From the NCBI GenBank assembly GCA_965603825.1, contig CBFDEM010000042.1, forward strand, positions 7,567-71,566: 64,000 bases of DNA. Direction: 5' to 3'. The translations under genes and the position numbers were made by a program. Positions 1 through 12,119 of this stretch are shown piece after piece; position 1 is the stretch's first letter, and each line of letters opens with the position of its first letter. This stretch comes from Blepharisma stoltei ATCC 30299 (lineage: Eukaryota > Protista > Ciliophora). The notes beneath the pieces were generated by a model. It did no database searches. It was not told where the DNA came from and worked only from the letters and a program-made list of their open reading frames with translations.

Positions 1-785
1 TCCCCACTGGATTTTTCTCTTGAAAATACGCTCCCTTTCAAAAGTCTTTCAGATATTCTGACGCTTCCAATAGGTGCTTTAAATAGAGAAGGAATACTTC
101 TGGCAGAAGATTTATGAAATAATGATTCTTCTGGCTTAAAATATTGTATCATCCAAGGAGAATATTGAGGTTTCGCTCCTTCTTTATAATGAAGTCTTCC
201 AGATAAATTCAGCTGGTTAAACCACTGTGATTTTAGCAGGTGCCCATGGATCTGCTTTAAAACTCTGACGTACTCTATTACTAAAGTGCTTCTAGTAAAT
301 GTGTCTAGGCACTCAAAGAATCCATCATAGAAATCAGATAACCCTAAGCATTCAGAGTCTCCAAAATCAATTTTCATATCAGTTAAAACCATTGATTTTA
401 CTGACTGTTCTTCTGTGGAGGCATTCAATATCTCAACATATATGATTTCATATAAACTAAAATAAACTTTTTTCGAGATTCCTGGCATCTTAATAGGGTT
501 GATTAAATTCCATAAACTTAGGAAAGTTTTGAACAAAACTTCGTTTCTTTTTAGCATCAATCTCTTATAGAGATGACTAAATAAATAACCGTCCACTACA
601 TCTAGCTTCTTCTGATAAATAATTGCAAGCATATCCTCTCCGCTGGTGGGCTGGTAGTCAATAATACTTGTAGGAGGCGGGGTTGCAGTTTTCCTAAAAA
701 CTCTTCATTTATTTTTATTTGATCTTGAGGTAGAATACTCTCTTGTGATGATATGGACTTCAGCAACTAATGCATTTTCCATCAT
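1..785 (-). CDS. Hypothetical protein, 5' part (continues beyond window start)
   Basis: ATG ATG at 785-780. The frame (MMENALVAEVHIITREYSTSRSNKNKWRVF...) stays open to the window edge when the TGA at 707-705 is read as Trp. Missing from the ORF track. Confidence 0.7.
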
Positions 786-823
786 AAAATTTTTTTATTA
801 ATTCTACTTATTTACACTCATTT

Positions 824-3028
824 TTAAAAAAACTGTTTGCCTAAAAGCTTTATTTTTGCTGTCCCTATTTCCATTTCGAGGTCCTCTACTTCTCGCTTTT
901 TTAAAGAAAGGACTTCTTTCATCATTTCTCGCTCAGTCCTTATTTGGCTCATTTCACTATAAAGCCTTTCAAGCCTTTTGGTTCTTCTCTATATAGCATT
1001 TACTCTTAATCGTTTTTTGTGTTTGTCTATTTCTATAGGGTCTATATAGTATTGGCTTTCTGCATTTCTGAATTCATTTAATTTTTGGATCAATTTATTC
1101 CGAATTTCTTCCTTAAAATTTTTCCTTTTGGAGAGGCTGTCCTCATTTCTTTTTTTAATTTTTCTTATAGCTTCTTCACGTATTTTCCTGTTATTTTGGA
1201 TTATTTCTGCTTTTTTGTCTTCGTATTCAATTTTCATTTCAGCTAATTCTTGCTCTTTGTCTAACTGAAACTCATGGGCTTCATCAATTTTCTTTTTCAG
1301 TTGGTCTCGCTTGTAGCATTTAAGCTCATCCAATCTTTTTTGTACATAATCCATCATTTCTTTGCTGGAAAAATAGCTGCCATTAGATGGGTCAGAGTAA
1401 TACCTGTCTTTTTGTTCTAGCTGGGATTTCAAAATTTCAGCATTAATTTCAAGCTCAGAAAGCTCAGATCGTTTATTGTATTTTGACTGTAAAATTTCGT
1501 CTTTTATTTTTTTCAAATAAAGCTGTAGTGATGATAGGTTTTTGTCTCTTTCGTTAATGTCCATGGTTTTTTGTTTGACATCAGTTCTGATATTTTCCAG
1601 ATTTTTCTTATAAACTTTGACTTCAGCTGTTTTTTCCATTAAATCTTTTTGCATGTTTGTTATTTTTTCTAGTAAAATTGCAGTTTCATTCGAGCTTTGG
1701 ATTCTCTCAAGCTCGAAATTGATGTCAGACAGCTTTAGCAGCATTTCTTTTTCAGCTGAAAATAGCGTGGCTAGCTCTTTTCGTTTTTCAGTGATTTTTT
1801 CCTCTAATTCTTTAACTTTTTGGTTAAAAGTTGCTATTCCTTGCAAGCTTTCTCGTATGCTTGCTTTTGTTTTTATGGTTTCTTCTACCTTAAGAGAGAT
1901 TTTTTTCTGCAGTTTTTTAATATTCTGTTTAAAAGGCGTTGTATTATATTTTGGTTCTTCTTTTTCCTCCTCTTTGGCTTCTTCTTTAGCCTCTGACTCA
2001 GTTGCTGCTGTTGTTATGGTAGCATTATCTTCACTACTAAAAATTGGCTCTTTATTTTCATTTGGCGGCTCTTCATTAATGACTTTATATCCTTCCGTCA
2101 CCACTTCTGGCCCCATAATGCTTTTAAGGCTTTTTAATACTGGCTCTTGTACCATAGTTTCTCTTATTGGGGGAATCTCAGTTAGCCATCTATCATTTTT
2201 AGTTTCAGTCGCTGTAATTCGGTCAGCTGGATTTTTTTCAAGCATTTTGGTTACCAGCTCTTTAGCTAAAGGTGGAAAATTCAAAGGAAATTTCACTTTT
2301 GCGTTAACAATATTATTCAGCATTTGGTCTTTTGCTGGAGTTCTAAAAGGAGTAGTCCCAGTCAGCATCTCATATAACAGAACTCCTAAACACCATATAT
2401 CAGCCGCAGTGCTATGCCCAGTTTCCTGCACCATTTCAGGTGGCAAATACTCTAGAGTCCCACACGTGGTAAATCTTGGCGCATTTGTGTCTGTTGAATA
2501 ATAATTCGACCATCCAAAATCTGTAAGTTTTATTCGGCCATCTTTATCTAAAAGGATATTCTCTGGCTTTATATCGCGGTGTATTATGGCAGGCACGTGC
2601 ATGTGCAAGTATTCAACAGCTAATAATACTTCTCTAAAATACTGAGCAGCGACTTTTTCTAAAAAGTTTCTTTCTCTATATAATCTATGATATAAATTCC
2701 CACCCTCTGCCAGCTCCATTATTAGGAAAAAGTTCTTTTCGTCCTCAAAATGATTGTATAGCTTTATTATATGAGGGTGATTTAATTCGTACATGATTAG
2801 AAGCTCTCTTTTGAATTGGGGAATCATTTTGGCTACGTTTTGTTTTGGGACTTGTTTAAGCGCATATAATTTGTTAGTGGCTTTATGCTTTATTCTTCAA
2901 ACTTGTCCAAATGCTCCGTCGCCTAATTTTCTCTCAAAATCGAAGTCGCTGCGCTGCAGTTCTTTTTCTTCACCGTTAAAGACTGAAGGAGATTCAAATA
3001 GAAGTTTTGTGAAGTTTTTCTTGTTCAT
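824..3028 (-). CDS. Aurora-like Ser/Thr protein kinase with long C-terminal coiled coil
   Basis: Start at 3028. Motifs: LGDGAFGQV(TGA=W, 2899-2897), ALK, HRDIKPEN, DFGWS (Aurora-type), CGTLEYLPPE. Removing the 15-nt intron at 989-1003 extends the coiled coil to ...LLGKQFF TAA (826-824). Confidence 0.9.
989..1003 (-). other. 15-nt spliceosomal intron GTAAATGCTATATAG
   Basis: GT..AG with A at position 10 and an in-frame TAG. Removal continues the coiled-coil frame for 54 more codons. Confidence 0.75.
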
Positions 3029-3690
3029 ATTAGTTTAGAGCTGAAATGGATAATTTGATTATAACGATAGCTTTTAATTACGAAATTCAGAGAAATATAC
3101 AGGAAGAAGCTGAGATTACTTTGGAAAATAAGTGCAGAAGTTAATGCGATTAATGAGACCGTTAGAGATTAAAGTGGGTGATATTTATAAAGAAGAAAAG
3201 CTTAACAGAGCTCGGAAAATTAGAAAAAGCGGCAATTCAAGTTTTCTATAGTTATTATATGTTGGGAAATAAAGGCTTAAGAATAAGAGAAGTAGAATAT
3301 AAAAATTTTTAAATTATTTAAAAAGGGATTTTAAATGAATATACCACTTCGAAATCCCACCAGCTTAAAAGTGTTTAATAAAATATCGATTTTTATATTT
3401 AAATAAGGAAGTCAAAATTAATATAAGAAAATTTCTATTTTGAAAAACCTGATATCCTTCAGAAAATCTTTGCAAGTAGAATTTTATATTTTCTAAATAT
3501 TTAAGATACGTCTATACTGATAAAGAGATATTTCAGCTCTTAGGATTATAAACTCTTATATTACTATTCAATTTATAGCAATACAAAAATATGAAAATAA
3601 GGCAATTATCGTTAAATTATATGCAGCTATCCTAATTTTACCTAAAGCCTATGACAAAAACTGGATACCATTTCTAACTTCTAATGTAAA

Positions 3691-4356
3691 ATGGAGCCTC
3701 GGCTGAAAAAGACCTATCAAGATCATCTTAACGCCAACGCAAAACGAATTATTTGTCGATTTAAATCTAAAGTTGGCCACACAATGTCGAAATCCCTTCT
3801 TGAAAAGCTTCCAAAACCTCAAACATCAAAACCATCAGTTCTATCTCACACTAACAGTAATCATCCATTCTCAACAGCAATCCCTTCATATCCTCGCTTA
3901 CAAAAATTACCAATCTCCCATAGCTTCAAGCAAAAACCTAAGTCTTCACAGACCATGAGAAGCACTTCCCAAGAGTCAAAACCAACCCTAAGGCTAAATC
4001 TCAAAGAAATTCTTCACAAAAAATCATTTGAAAATCCAAAATCAGATCGGCTTATTTACATCCAGCCTATCCCTAAACCTTTAAAGCATAGCAAAGCTAT
4101 GAGTCTTGAAAACTCATTTGCAGGGCCAATCCCTAAAATTTGTAAAACAAGCCGAGAATATATAAATACATCAAAAGATGATAAAGAAAACGTTGAGGAA
4201 AACTATGATATTTATAGGACAGAAATACTAGAAATATCAAAGGAGAAATTATTAAAGTCGCCTAATATCCAAGCTCTTTGTAAAAACAGCTTTGAAATGT
4301 CTTTAGAAGAACTAGAGCCCAAGCTCACTATGTTTTATAACAGTTTACCATTATAA
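3691..4356 (+). CDS. Hypothetical basic low-complexity protein (221 aa)
   Basis: Open ATG-TAA frame with AT-rich flanks. No recognisable domain. Confidence 0.65.
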   Translation: MEPRLKKTYQDHLNANAKRIICRFKSKVGHTMSKSLLEKLPKPQTSKPSVLSHTNSNHPFSTAIPSYPRLQKLPISHSFKQKPKSSQTMRSTSQESKPTLRLNLKEILHKKSFENPKSDRLIYIQPIPKPLKHSKAMSLENSFAGPIPKICKTSREYINTSKDDKENVEENYDIYRTEILEISKEKLLKSPNIQALCKNSFEMSLEELEPKLTMFYNSLPL

Positions 4357-4358
4357 AT

Positions 4359-5051
4359 TTACATGTTAATTTTAACATACTCTTCTCGCAGTTTTCGAAT
4401 TTCTTCTTGTCTTTTCAAGTCAAGCTCTTGGCTTACTTTTTCGATTTCTTCGTCCATATCATATTTCATTTGTTCCATAACTTTTACAATTAGGCCTTGC
4501 TGGCCTTCAATTTCGCCTTGTCCTTCTAATTCTCTCATTTGTACTTCATATGCAATTTTTATTTCTGAAATTTTATTTACTTTTTCATTCAAACTTCGGT
4601 CCATTATGGCTTCTAAATCCCTTATCAGCCCTTGGTCAATGATTTTTCTGTTTCTTTCAGAATTTATTCGCTTTTGTATGATATCTGGGTCGTCTTCTTC
4701 TAAAATTTCAATTTCTAATTTCGGCTTTGGCCTTGGGGGTTTTTTAGTGTATTTTTGAGGATTTAAAGCTTGGGTAACCTGAGGCTTCTGCAGCATCTTA
4801 TGCATTCGTTCCTGAATTTCATGGAATCTTAAATCTTCGTTAATTTCAAAACTTTCTATAGCTTTGGAATATAAAGCTATAAGCTCATGAATAGTTTTTA
4901 ATTCGAAATTTTTTTCTAGTTCCTTTTCTTTAATATCGATTTGTAGCAAAAGGATTTGAATTGGCTTTGAAACGGCAGCTTCAATAATTCTTACATCTGG
5001 GCATTTGCTTCGGTCTCGGGTAGATCTTTTGTTAGAAAGGCGTCTCGACAT
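4359..5051 (-). CDS. Hypothetical coiled-coil protein (230 aa)
   Basis: Open ATG-TAA frame with E/K-rich heptads. Convergent with the previous gene; stops are 2 bp apart. Confidence 0.75.
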   Translation of the reverse strand: MSRRLSNKRSTRDRSKCPDVRIIEAAVSKPIQILLLQIDIKEKELEKNFELKTIHELIALYSKAIESFEINEDLRFHEIQERMHKMLQKPQVTQALNPQKYTKKPPRPKPKLEIEILEEDDPDIIQKRINSERNRKIIDQGLIRDLEAIMDRSLNEKVNKISEIKIAYEVQMRELEGQGEIEGQQGLIVKVMEQMKYDMDEEIEKVSQELDLKRQEEIRKLREEYVKINM

Positions 5052-5698
5052 GGATTGCAGATTAATTATTTATTTTTTTGAGTAAATGGAAACATAGGAA
5101 AATGCTTGCAGACAAAACCATTGAATATTGAGGAAAATTTAAAAATTAAAGTATTAAAATTTTATTCGTAAACATATGGAAATATTGTTAAAATTCAAAT
5201 TAATAGGTAAGAAAAACCGATTTAAGCTTTGAATAAAGAGGGAAAACAATATAATTAAATAAGAGAACAATATTATGGAGAAAGTGAATGGGAATTAAGA
5301 TGATATTAATATAAAGTTAAATTAAGTATATTTTTTCATTATTCTCCAGATTATATTTAATTAAAATTTCAATTAGTAGCTTAATTTAAAGAAATCTTTC
5401 TTTCTGCAACTCAAGCCCCCAGCACTTAAAATTTTAGTTTCAGATTGGATCTGACTATATAGGAGACAATAAGATGCCACGTGCTAATTAACAGAGATAG
5501 AAAACCGCTTAGTTTTCACATCGTCACTTCTAAAACCCACAGGCTAAAAACAGTCAGTTTATTTTTAAATTATCTAATAATCAATAACCAAAAATTAATA
5601 ATAACACATATATATATATTTAATCACAACTATTCAAGAAAACATTATTATATCGATAAATATAATCTTCTATCTAAAATTTCAGATTTATCAGCACA

Positions 5699-6508
5699 TT
5701 ATTTCCTTGAACTCGCCATGCTACTCTGCCGTCACAGTCTTCTTTTCCTACTCGAGCTATTCTCAAACATCCCAAACGAAACATCATACGGGCTTTCTTC
5801 TTCCCCCTTTTCATTTTCCGTCATTAATTTTTTAATTCTTTCATACGCGTCCGCATTACTCTCACTTCTCTCCACTCCTCCTTCATATATCGAAATTTCT
5901 CCACTTTGTGGAAGTACTGTGCTTTCGCTGCCATACGATTCAGACTCGCTTGTATTACAATGTTTTTGGTATGCGTTTGTATTGAAATTCGGTGTCTTTA
6001 AATCTCGCCTTGTCATTCCTTCGCAGTTCCTTTGGGATTTTAATAATAAATCTTTTTCCATATTCGGTATTCTTATTTTTGTTTTCGGGGAGAAAGGAAT
6101 TAGGCTCTTTCTTGAGGAAGTTTCTATTATAGGAGCCAAAAGATCATAAGCTGAGTTATTCCGGCTTAATGCAATTTTTGGTTTATTTGGGGTCCTGGAA
6201 GAAAGGCACGGGGACTGGATATTTAATTTAAGCTTGGAAGGCAGCGACATCTTGGGTGCTGGGAGATTGCAAATAGAGTTCCTAGAGGCGCTTTTTTTGG
6301 GAGGGCAAGAGGGGCGAAGAGTTGGGACGCCAAGACCTGCTTGGCGCATGTTAAGGAATGGGTCTTTTACAGAAGAAGACTTCGAAAGAGTTTGAAACTC
6401 ATTAGGAGAGTTAATTTCTGAAAAAGAATACTTATGACTGCTCTGAATTGAGGTGTCTATATTTTTTGCTCGGATTTTGATTCTTGAATTGGAATGACTT
6501 TGTTTCAT
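5699..6508 (-). CDS. Hypothetical S/K/P-rich protein
   Basis: Track ORF ends at TGA 5734-5732. With UGA=Trp it continues RRLWRQSSMASSRK to TAA at 5701-5699. Confidence 0.7.
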
Positions 6509-6724
6509 TTTGAGGTTTTATTTAAATTATTTTCCCTTATTATCTTTGTGTTAGTTATTTACAATTAATTTGCAATGCTCTTTAATTGATCAGTATATAT
6601 GCGAATTTTTATAAATTTATTATTCTGCTTAAAGCAATAAACGGACAGTTCAGTCTGTTAATATTTATTATTGTTGAAGGTAAAATTATAATAGATAATA
6701 TCCATTAGAATTGAAATTTATATA

Positions 6725-7111
6725 ATGACAAATTATCAAAAATTATATCGAGGTAATAAAAATTACTTTATTGGACGAATGTCTGATAAAAATGCTCGTT
6801 TGGTTGTAAAGAAAATTAAATTAAGCAATGGGTCAAGCGGGACTGAAGAAGGAAATAAGTACGCAAACAAAGATAGATGAGCCAGAAAACACAGAGAAAA
6901 TTATAGATTTATTGTTGATATCGTCTGGATTGCGATCATCTTTATGTTTGGTATTATAATGAGTGCCAAACTAGCGCTAGGCGCAATGATCTTATTTTGG
7001 GCGTACCATCATCAACTATTCAGAAGAAAGAAATCAAAAGACAAATATTTTTACTATAAAACAACGTTAGAAACAGTGATGGAAGTGACTGATGAGTCAG
7101 ACATAGAATAA
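6725..7111 (+). CDS. Small membrane protein (128 aa) with a hydrophobic hairpin
   Basis: Open from ATG 6725 (or 6779) to TAA 7109-7111 with one internal TGA. Hydrophobic segment FIVDIVWIAIIFMFGIIMSAKLALGAMILFWAY is followed by basic RRKKSK. Missing from the ORF track. Confidence 0.6.
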
Positions 7112-7803
7112 TTAATGATAGAAATTGTGCTAAATGTTGGGTATATAGGAAAACTAAATTTTAAACTAATTTAGCATCAATAAATGTGAACATTCAATTG
7201 ATTATGATATGATTGATTTTTAATATGTAATCATACGTAGGATAGATATACTCAATGAAATGGCTTTAGATATATGATTCAAATTTAGTGAAATGAGAAT
7301 TTTCTATTAATTTATGGGATTTTTCTGATGAATAAAACCAAAATTAATAAAATAGCCAAAATAATAGAACTAAGAAGTATATAGCTTTCATAGAAAAATA
7401 ATTTATTAAGAACTAGAAAAAATAATTACTATATATGCTTTTTTTAATTGATAATAATTTGGAGCTATTCGGTGTTTATTTCACAATTTTTGATATTCCT
7501 GTTACTCACTATCAATAATCTAATTTTAGCTCTATTAATAAATTGCTTATATTCCAAGCACTAAGATATTTATTTTATTCATCCTGAATTTTAATAAATA
7601 TTGCCCTTATTTTTTAATAAAATCCAAAGATAATTTAGAAAAGAATTTTCTTCATATCAAAAAACCCCCAAATATATTAATTAAATATTCAACAAAAGAG
7701 TAGCCTCTAATTACTTATGAAAAAAATTATAAGTTTTGCATCACCAAATACCAAGTAAATTTATTTGAAAAAATCATCCATATTCCATTTAATTCAATAA
7801 ATT

Positions 7804-9546
7804 ATGGTGGAACGTATTAAAAGCCTCGTTATAAGATGTGAAAGTGTACGAAATCTTTCAATTTCTGAAGATAGCGTAAACGAAGTAAAAGAAATCTATG
7901 CTGTAAGTAAAGAAATAAGCAATAAGTTATATAGAAAACTTATCAGTCTCGTTTGGGATGTTGGAGACATTATTCTGTATCAGCAGCAGCTCAAAAAAGC
8001 TCGGGATTGGAAAAGCTGACACTCTGCTGCCGAACAAATAGACAGGATTGAAGGCAAGGATGAGTGGAAAAAACGTGAGCAAAGCCCGCTTTATGACTAT
8101 AGGCTCCTTCGTCGACGGCTGAAACTGATTCGCAGTCTTCGGCAGCAAGATGATATTCCAGCCTTGGTTCATCACCTTCGTTCAGGCCTTCTACGTGGAT
8201 TAGGTGGAAGTTTAAATTCAACTTTATATACGAAAACTCTAGTAGATACCAAACAATTGATCGTGGAGTATCAAGATGAAGTTTCAAATGCCTTGCGACA
8301 TGTTTTGCACTCCCCGAAATACCCACTTCTAGAGAAAGTGAAATTTTTTTCAGCATCAAGATATGCCTTTGGAAAAACTGCGCTCCTTATGAGCGGAGGC
8401 GGAGGCTTAGGACTTTACCATTTAGGAGTTGTCAAAGCTTTATACGACCAAGGACTACTGCCCAGAATTATATGCGGAACTTCAGCTGGCTCCATGGTCG
8501 CTTCATTTATTGGAACTACAAAATGAGAAGACATTCCTAAATGGTTTGGAAAAGGAGCTTTAAAATACGGCCCTTTTGAAGGACTTGCTAAAGGCTCAGT
8601 TCAGCGAAAAATAAGAAGACTATTCAAACAAGGCCACCTTATGGACAGCAAAACACTTGAAGTCTTTTTAAGGGCAAATCTCGGAGAAGTCACCTTTGAA
8701 GAAGCTTATGAAGCAACAGGCATTATATTAAATATAACTGTAAGCGAGTCTGGAAGTTTTGACGACTTCCGGCTGCTGAACTATTTAACAGCTCCTCACG
8801 TCTTAGTGTGAAGCGCTGCTTTGGCATCGTGTGCTATTCCTTTTGTATTCCAAAGCGTGGAGCTTAAATGTAAAGATTATAATGGCCAAACCGTCCCTTT
8901 CCACCCAAGCGGCCTGAAATTCATTGATGGGACTATAAAAGCAGATTTGCCAACACAAAAGCTTGCAGAAATGTTTAATGTGAACGCTTTTATAGTTTCC
9001 CAAACAAACCCATGGGTGTTACCATTTTTGACACCAGAGGACGGAGGCGGGACTTGGGGCGACAGCTTTAAATTCAAACTGTTTAAGGCTGTTAAAAGGC
9101 TGATTATGATGGAATTCAGACATAGAGTTCAGCAGTTGAATCTGTTGGATTTAAGCAGCACTTTGACGTGGTTTTTGAGTATTTTTACTCAGGAGTACAG
9201 AGGCCATGTGACGATTTGGCCAGTTCCTTCACTTAAAGACTATGTCAATATTTTGTCAAACCCAACGGATGAAGACATTCAAAGATGTGTGAGGAAAGGA
9301 CAGTTAAGGACTTTCCCTAAGATTAATATGCTGAAATCGATAATGGTGATTGAGAAAACGTTTGAGTCCTGCTATCATGAGCTGAGAGACAGAATTCATG
9401 CCCAAGATCGACGATCAAGGTTTTCATTTGATGGGCAGCCTGAAGAAACCATGCTAAAAGAAAGCTTGTACCAAGCTGAGTTTGATATAATTCCTGACAT
9501 CAAAGATGAATTCGAGCACGAAGAAGTCATCGTTGATGCCCAATAA
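7804..9546 (+). CDS. Patatin-domain triacylglycerol lipase (TGL3/4/5 / SDP1 family), 580 aa
   Basis: Three track ORFs share one frame joined by TGA at 8017, 8524 and 8809. Motifs: ALLMSGGGGLG, GTSAG nucleophile, LLNYLTAPHVLV(W)SAALASCAIP, FIDG, FNVNAFIVSQTNP. Confidence 0.93.
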
Positions 9547-9566
9547 CTAATAGATTATTCTTAAAT

Positions 9567-10400
9567 ATGGCTCAGTTTTTAGAACTTGAAAATTTGAAAT
9601 TAAGAAGAGAGATCAAAGAACTTCAATCCGCTTTGCATGAAATAGGAAGAGAAGTGTCATATGACAAACCTCGAAAAGACTACGAAAAATTACATAGGAG
9701 AAGGGAAAGGTTGAAAAGAGAAATCGCAGAAAAAGTAAACAAAGGAATTTACGAGCCGCCTAAATCACCAGAATTGTATGAAAAACCAAAGAAATTTGAA
9801 GAAAATTTTGAAAATGAAGAAGACTCTGATTATTTGAAAAGCTATGAAAGTGACAGGACTTTGAAAGAAGATGAATTAAAAAGAAATGACTCGTTGCAGC
9901 TGGAATTTTTGAAGCTAAAAGCTTCAGTAGAACAAATTAATCAGTCAATAGAAAATCTGCAAGAAAATTCATTGAGAAAAAGCTCGAAAAAGCTAAAAGA
10001 CTCGTTTGGGTCTTATTATTCAGATGAAAAGGGAGAACTTGAAAATGATGAAGTAATCGTTGACACAAAAACTTCAAAAAGGCTTGTAAATGTACTTTGC
10101 CAAGAAATTGAAGCTTTAAGAGCTGAAAACAGTGAGCTGAAATTACAGATGAGAAAAGTTTCAAAATCCCCTAAAAGGAAGAGAATTGAAGAAAAAAAGC
10201 CTATGAAATTCAACAGGTGACAAAGCGCCACAAGAGGCAGCTTAAAATCTCCAATGAAAATCAAAGATACAACACTAGTTTTTGAGTGCGCCCAAAATAG
10301 GCTTCATAATTGTTCTGCTTGCGACCTGCTGCTTTCTCATGGATACTCTACGAAGTGCTGCTCATCACATGGGATCACTTGTAAAAATTTTCAAAAATAA
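9567..10400 (+). CDS. Coiled-coil protein with C-terminal Cys/His motif
   Basis: Reads through TGA 10218-10220 to TAA 10398-10400, adding HNCSACDLLLSHGYSTKCCSSHG. Confidence 0.75.
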
Positions 10401-10425
10401 TATTTAAATTTGTACTCAAAGTTTT

Positions 10426-10791
10426 TTAATTATTGTAAAAAGCAACATTTTGGAATCTTGGCATGTGTCTTTTGTACTCAAACTCTCGATATTGATGCTC
10501 CGCAAGTCTGGGATCTGCAATTCCGGTTTGTGGGTCAGTCCCAATTGGACGTCTGAAAAGCAGAACATGTGGCTCTGGAGGATGGGCGCCATAGTGCTGC
10601 CAGCCCTTTGTCATTTGGACTCCTTCAGATCTCCATTCATCTTCTGATAGCAGTCCTCTCTTCCTGAACTCCTTGCCCTTTTTCTTCGGAAAAATGACTT
10701 GTCTGTACTCCCAAACTGAGTCATAGTATTTTTCAGAGTATTCGATTTTGTCGTTTTCTTTATCTTCTTTCTCTTTAATAACCTTAATCAT
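10426..10791 (-). CDS. CKS1: Cyclin-dependent kinases regulatory subunit
   Basis: CKS signature motifs: IEYSEKYYD..EYRQV, LLSEDEWR..GVQMTKGWQHY..HPPEPHVLLFRRP. Confidence 0.95.
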   Translation of the reverse strand: MIKVIKEKEDKENDKIEYSEKYYDSVWEYRQVIFPKKKGKEFRKRGLLSEDEWRSEGVQMTKGWQHYGAHPPEPHVLLFRRPIGTDPQTGIADPRLAEHQYREFEYKRHMPRFQNVAFYNN

Positions 10792-11253
10792 TATTATTTA
10801 GTATTTTCACCGCGCTTTTATAGACATCACTTCTTCAAACGAAGATTTGCTTCAAATTATTTTGATAAGAAAACATGGTGTTTTAGAATTAGATATCAAA
10901 ATTTGTTGAAATAAATGCAATAAAAAGGCTGAAAGGCTGATAGTCTTTAGATTTAGCATAGTAAACCGATTATTTATCTTTCTCGATAGAATTCAATAAG
11001 CATTTTAAGAGCTAATTTTATCAATATATAAGTAAAAAGCCCATACTTATAAAAATATGCATCGGCTATATATAGCGTTTGATTATTTGGCTTTGGTTAA
11101 AGCAACTTTAAAGATCGACTTAAAAAATAAATGAGTATTAGCTTCATCATAAGTGGAGATATAAGTAGTATAATCATAAAAGCTTTATTTTAAAGTTAAT
11201 TATAAATTATCAATAAATAGGCATTCTTTACCTTTTGTCTCTAAATAAATAAA

Positions 11254-11902
11254 ATGGCCTCAAATGATCAACAGCCAGATGCTCTCTATAAACTCCTCAT
11301 AATTGGTGACTCTGGTGTTGGAAAATCTTGCTTTCTCTTGCAATTCACTGAAGGCGACTTTAAGGAAGATCACAATGTTACTATAGGAGTCGAGTATGGC
11401 GCTAAAACTCTCAAAGTCGAAGAAAAGAATATAAAACTCCAAATTTGGGACACAGCAGGGCAAGAATCCTTTAGGGCCATTACTCGCTCTTTTTATAGGA
11501 ACGCGCATGGAGTGGTTCTAATGTATGATTTAACTCGCTTAGAAAGCTACGAAAACCTTTATGATTGGCTTAGAGAAATTAAGCAAAATTCTGACCCTGA
11601 TGTCGTCATATATCTTGTAGGAAATATGCTTGATCTAGCTGAAGACGAAAGAGAAGTGCAGACTGACCAAGCACAAGCGTTTGCAGAAGAAAATAAGCTT
11701 GATGGCTTTACAGAAGCTTCAGCCAAGACAGCTGAACATGTTGCAGAGGTAATGCATAACTAGGGTTTTTCAAAAAATTGGGGAAGTATTGTACAAAAAA
11801 TCAGTGGAAAAACAAGCAAGGGAACAAAAAGCTATATCACCTCCACCTCCGATCATAGTGCGGCCAACAACACAACCAGAGAAGAAAAAGTCTTGCTGCT
11901 AA
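11254..11902 (+). CDS. Rab GTPase (Rab2/4/14-like)
   Basis: Motifs: GDSGVGKS, TIGVEYG, WDTAGQE, ITRSFYR, EASAK. After a 16-nt intron (11749-11764) the frame ends PEKKKSCC TAA, a Rab prenylation motif. Confidence 0.92.
11749..11764 (+). other. Tiny intron GTAATGCATAACTAG(G): 15 nt as GT-AG, 16 nt as GT-GG
   Basis: Contains an in-frame TAG. Only removal of 16 nt restores the ...SCC C-terminus. Confidence 0.7.
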
Positions 11903-12119
11903 ATAGACTAACATTTAAATCTTTGGTAAATGTTTTAACTCAAAAAGATATTGAGGCGTCTAGTCTAGACACCCTTTTCAAAATTTTTATAAAGCCAATC
12001 TGAAATAGTTATAATCTTTTATTATCTAAATAGCTTAGAGCAATTTTTTAGCTTAATGATAAGCGAAATATTAGTCAATAAATCAAAAATTATTTGGGAA
12101 AATTATAATGTTTAGTAAA

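Noticed and set aside
1617-2501. Long antisense or alternate-frame ORFs in the track (e.g. 1617-2501, 5481-6149, 18070-18453, 18876-19364, 23862-24371, 30927-31616, 34903-35343)
   Set aside because: They are shadows of real genes: S/F/L-rich mirror translations of E/K-rich sense strands with no motifs.
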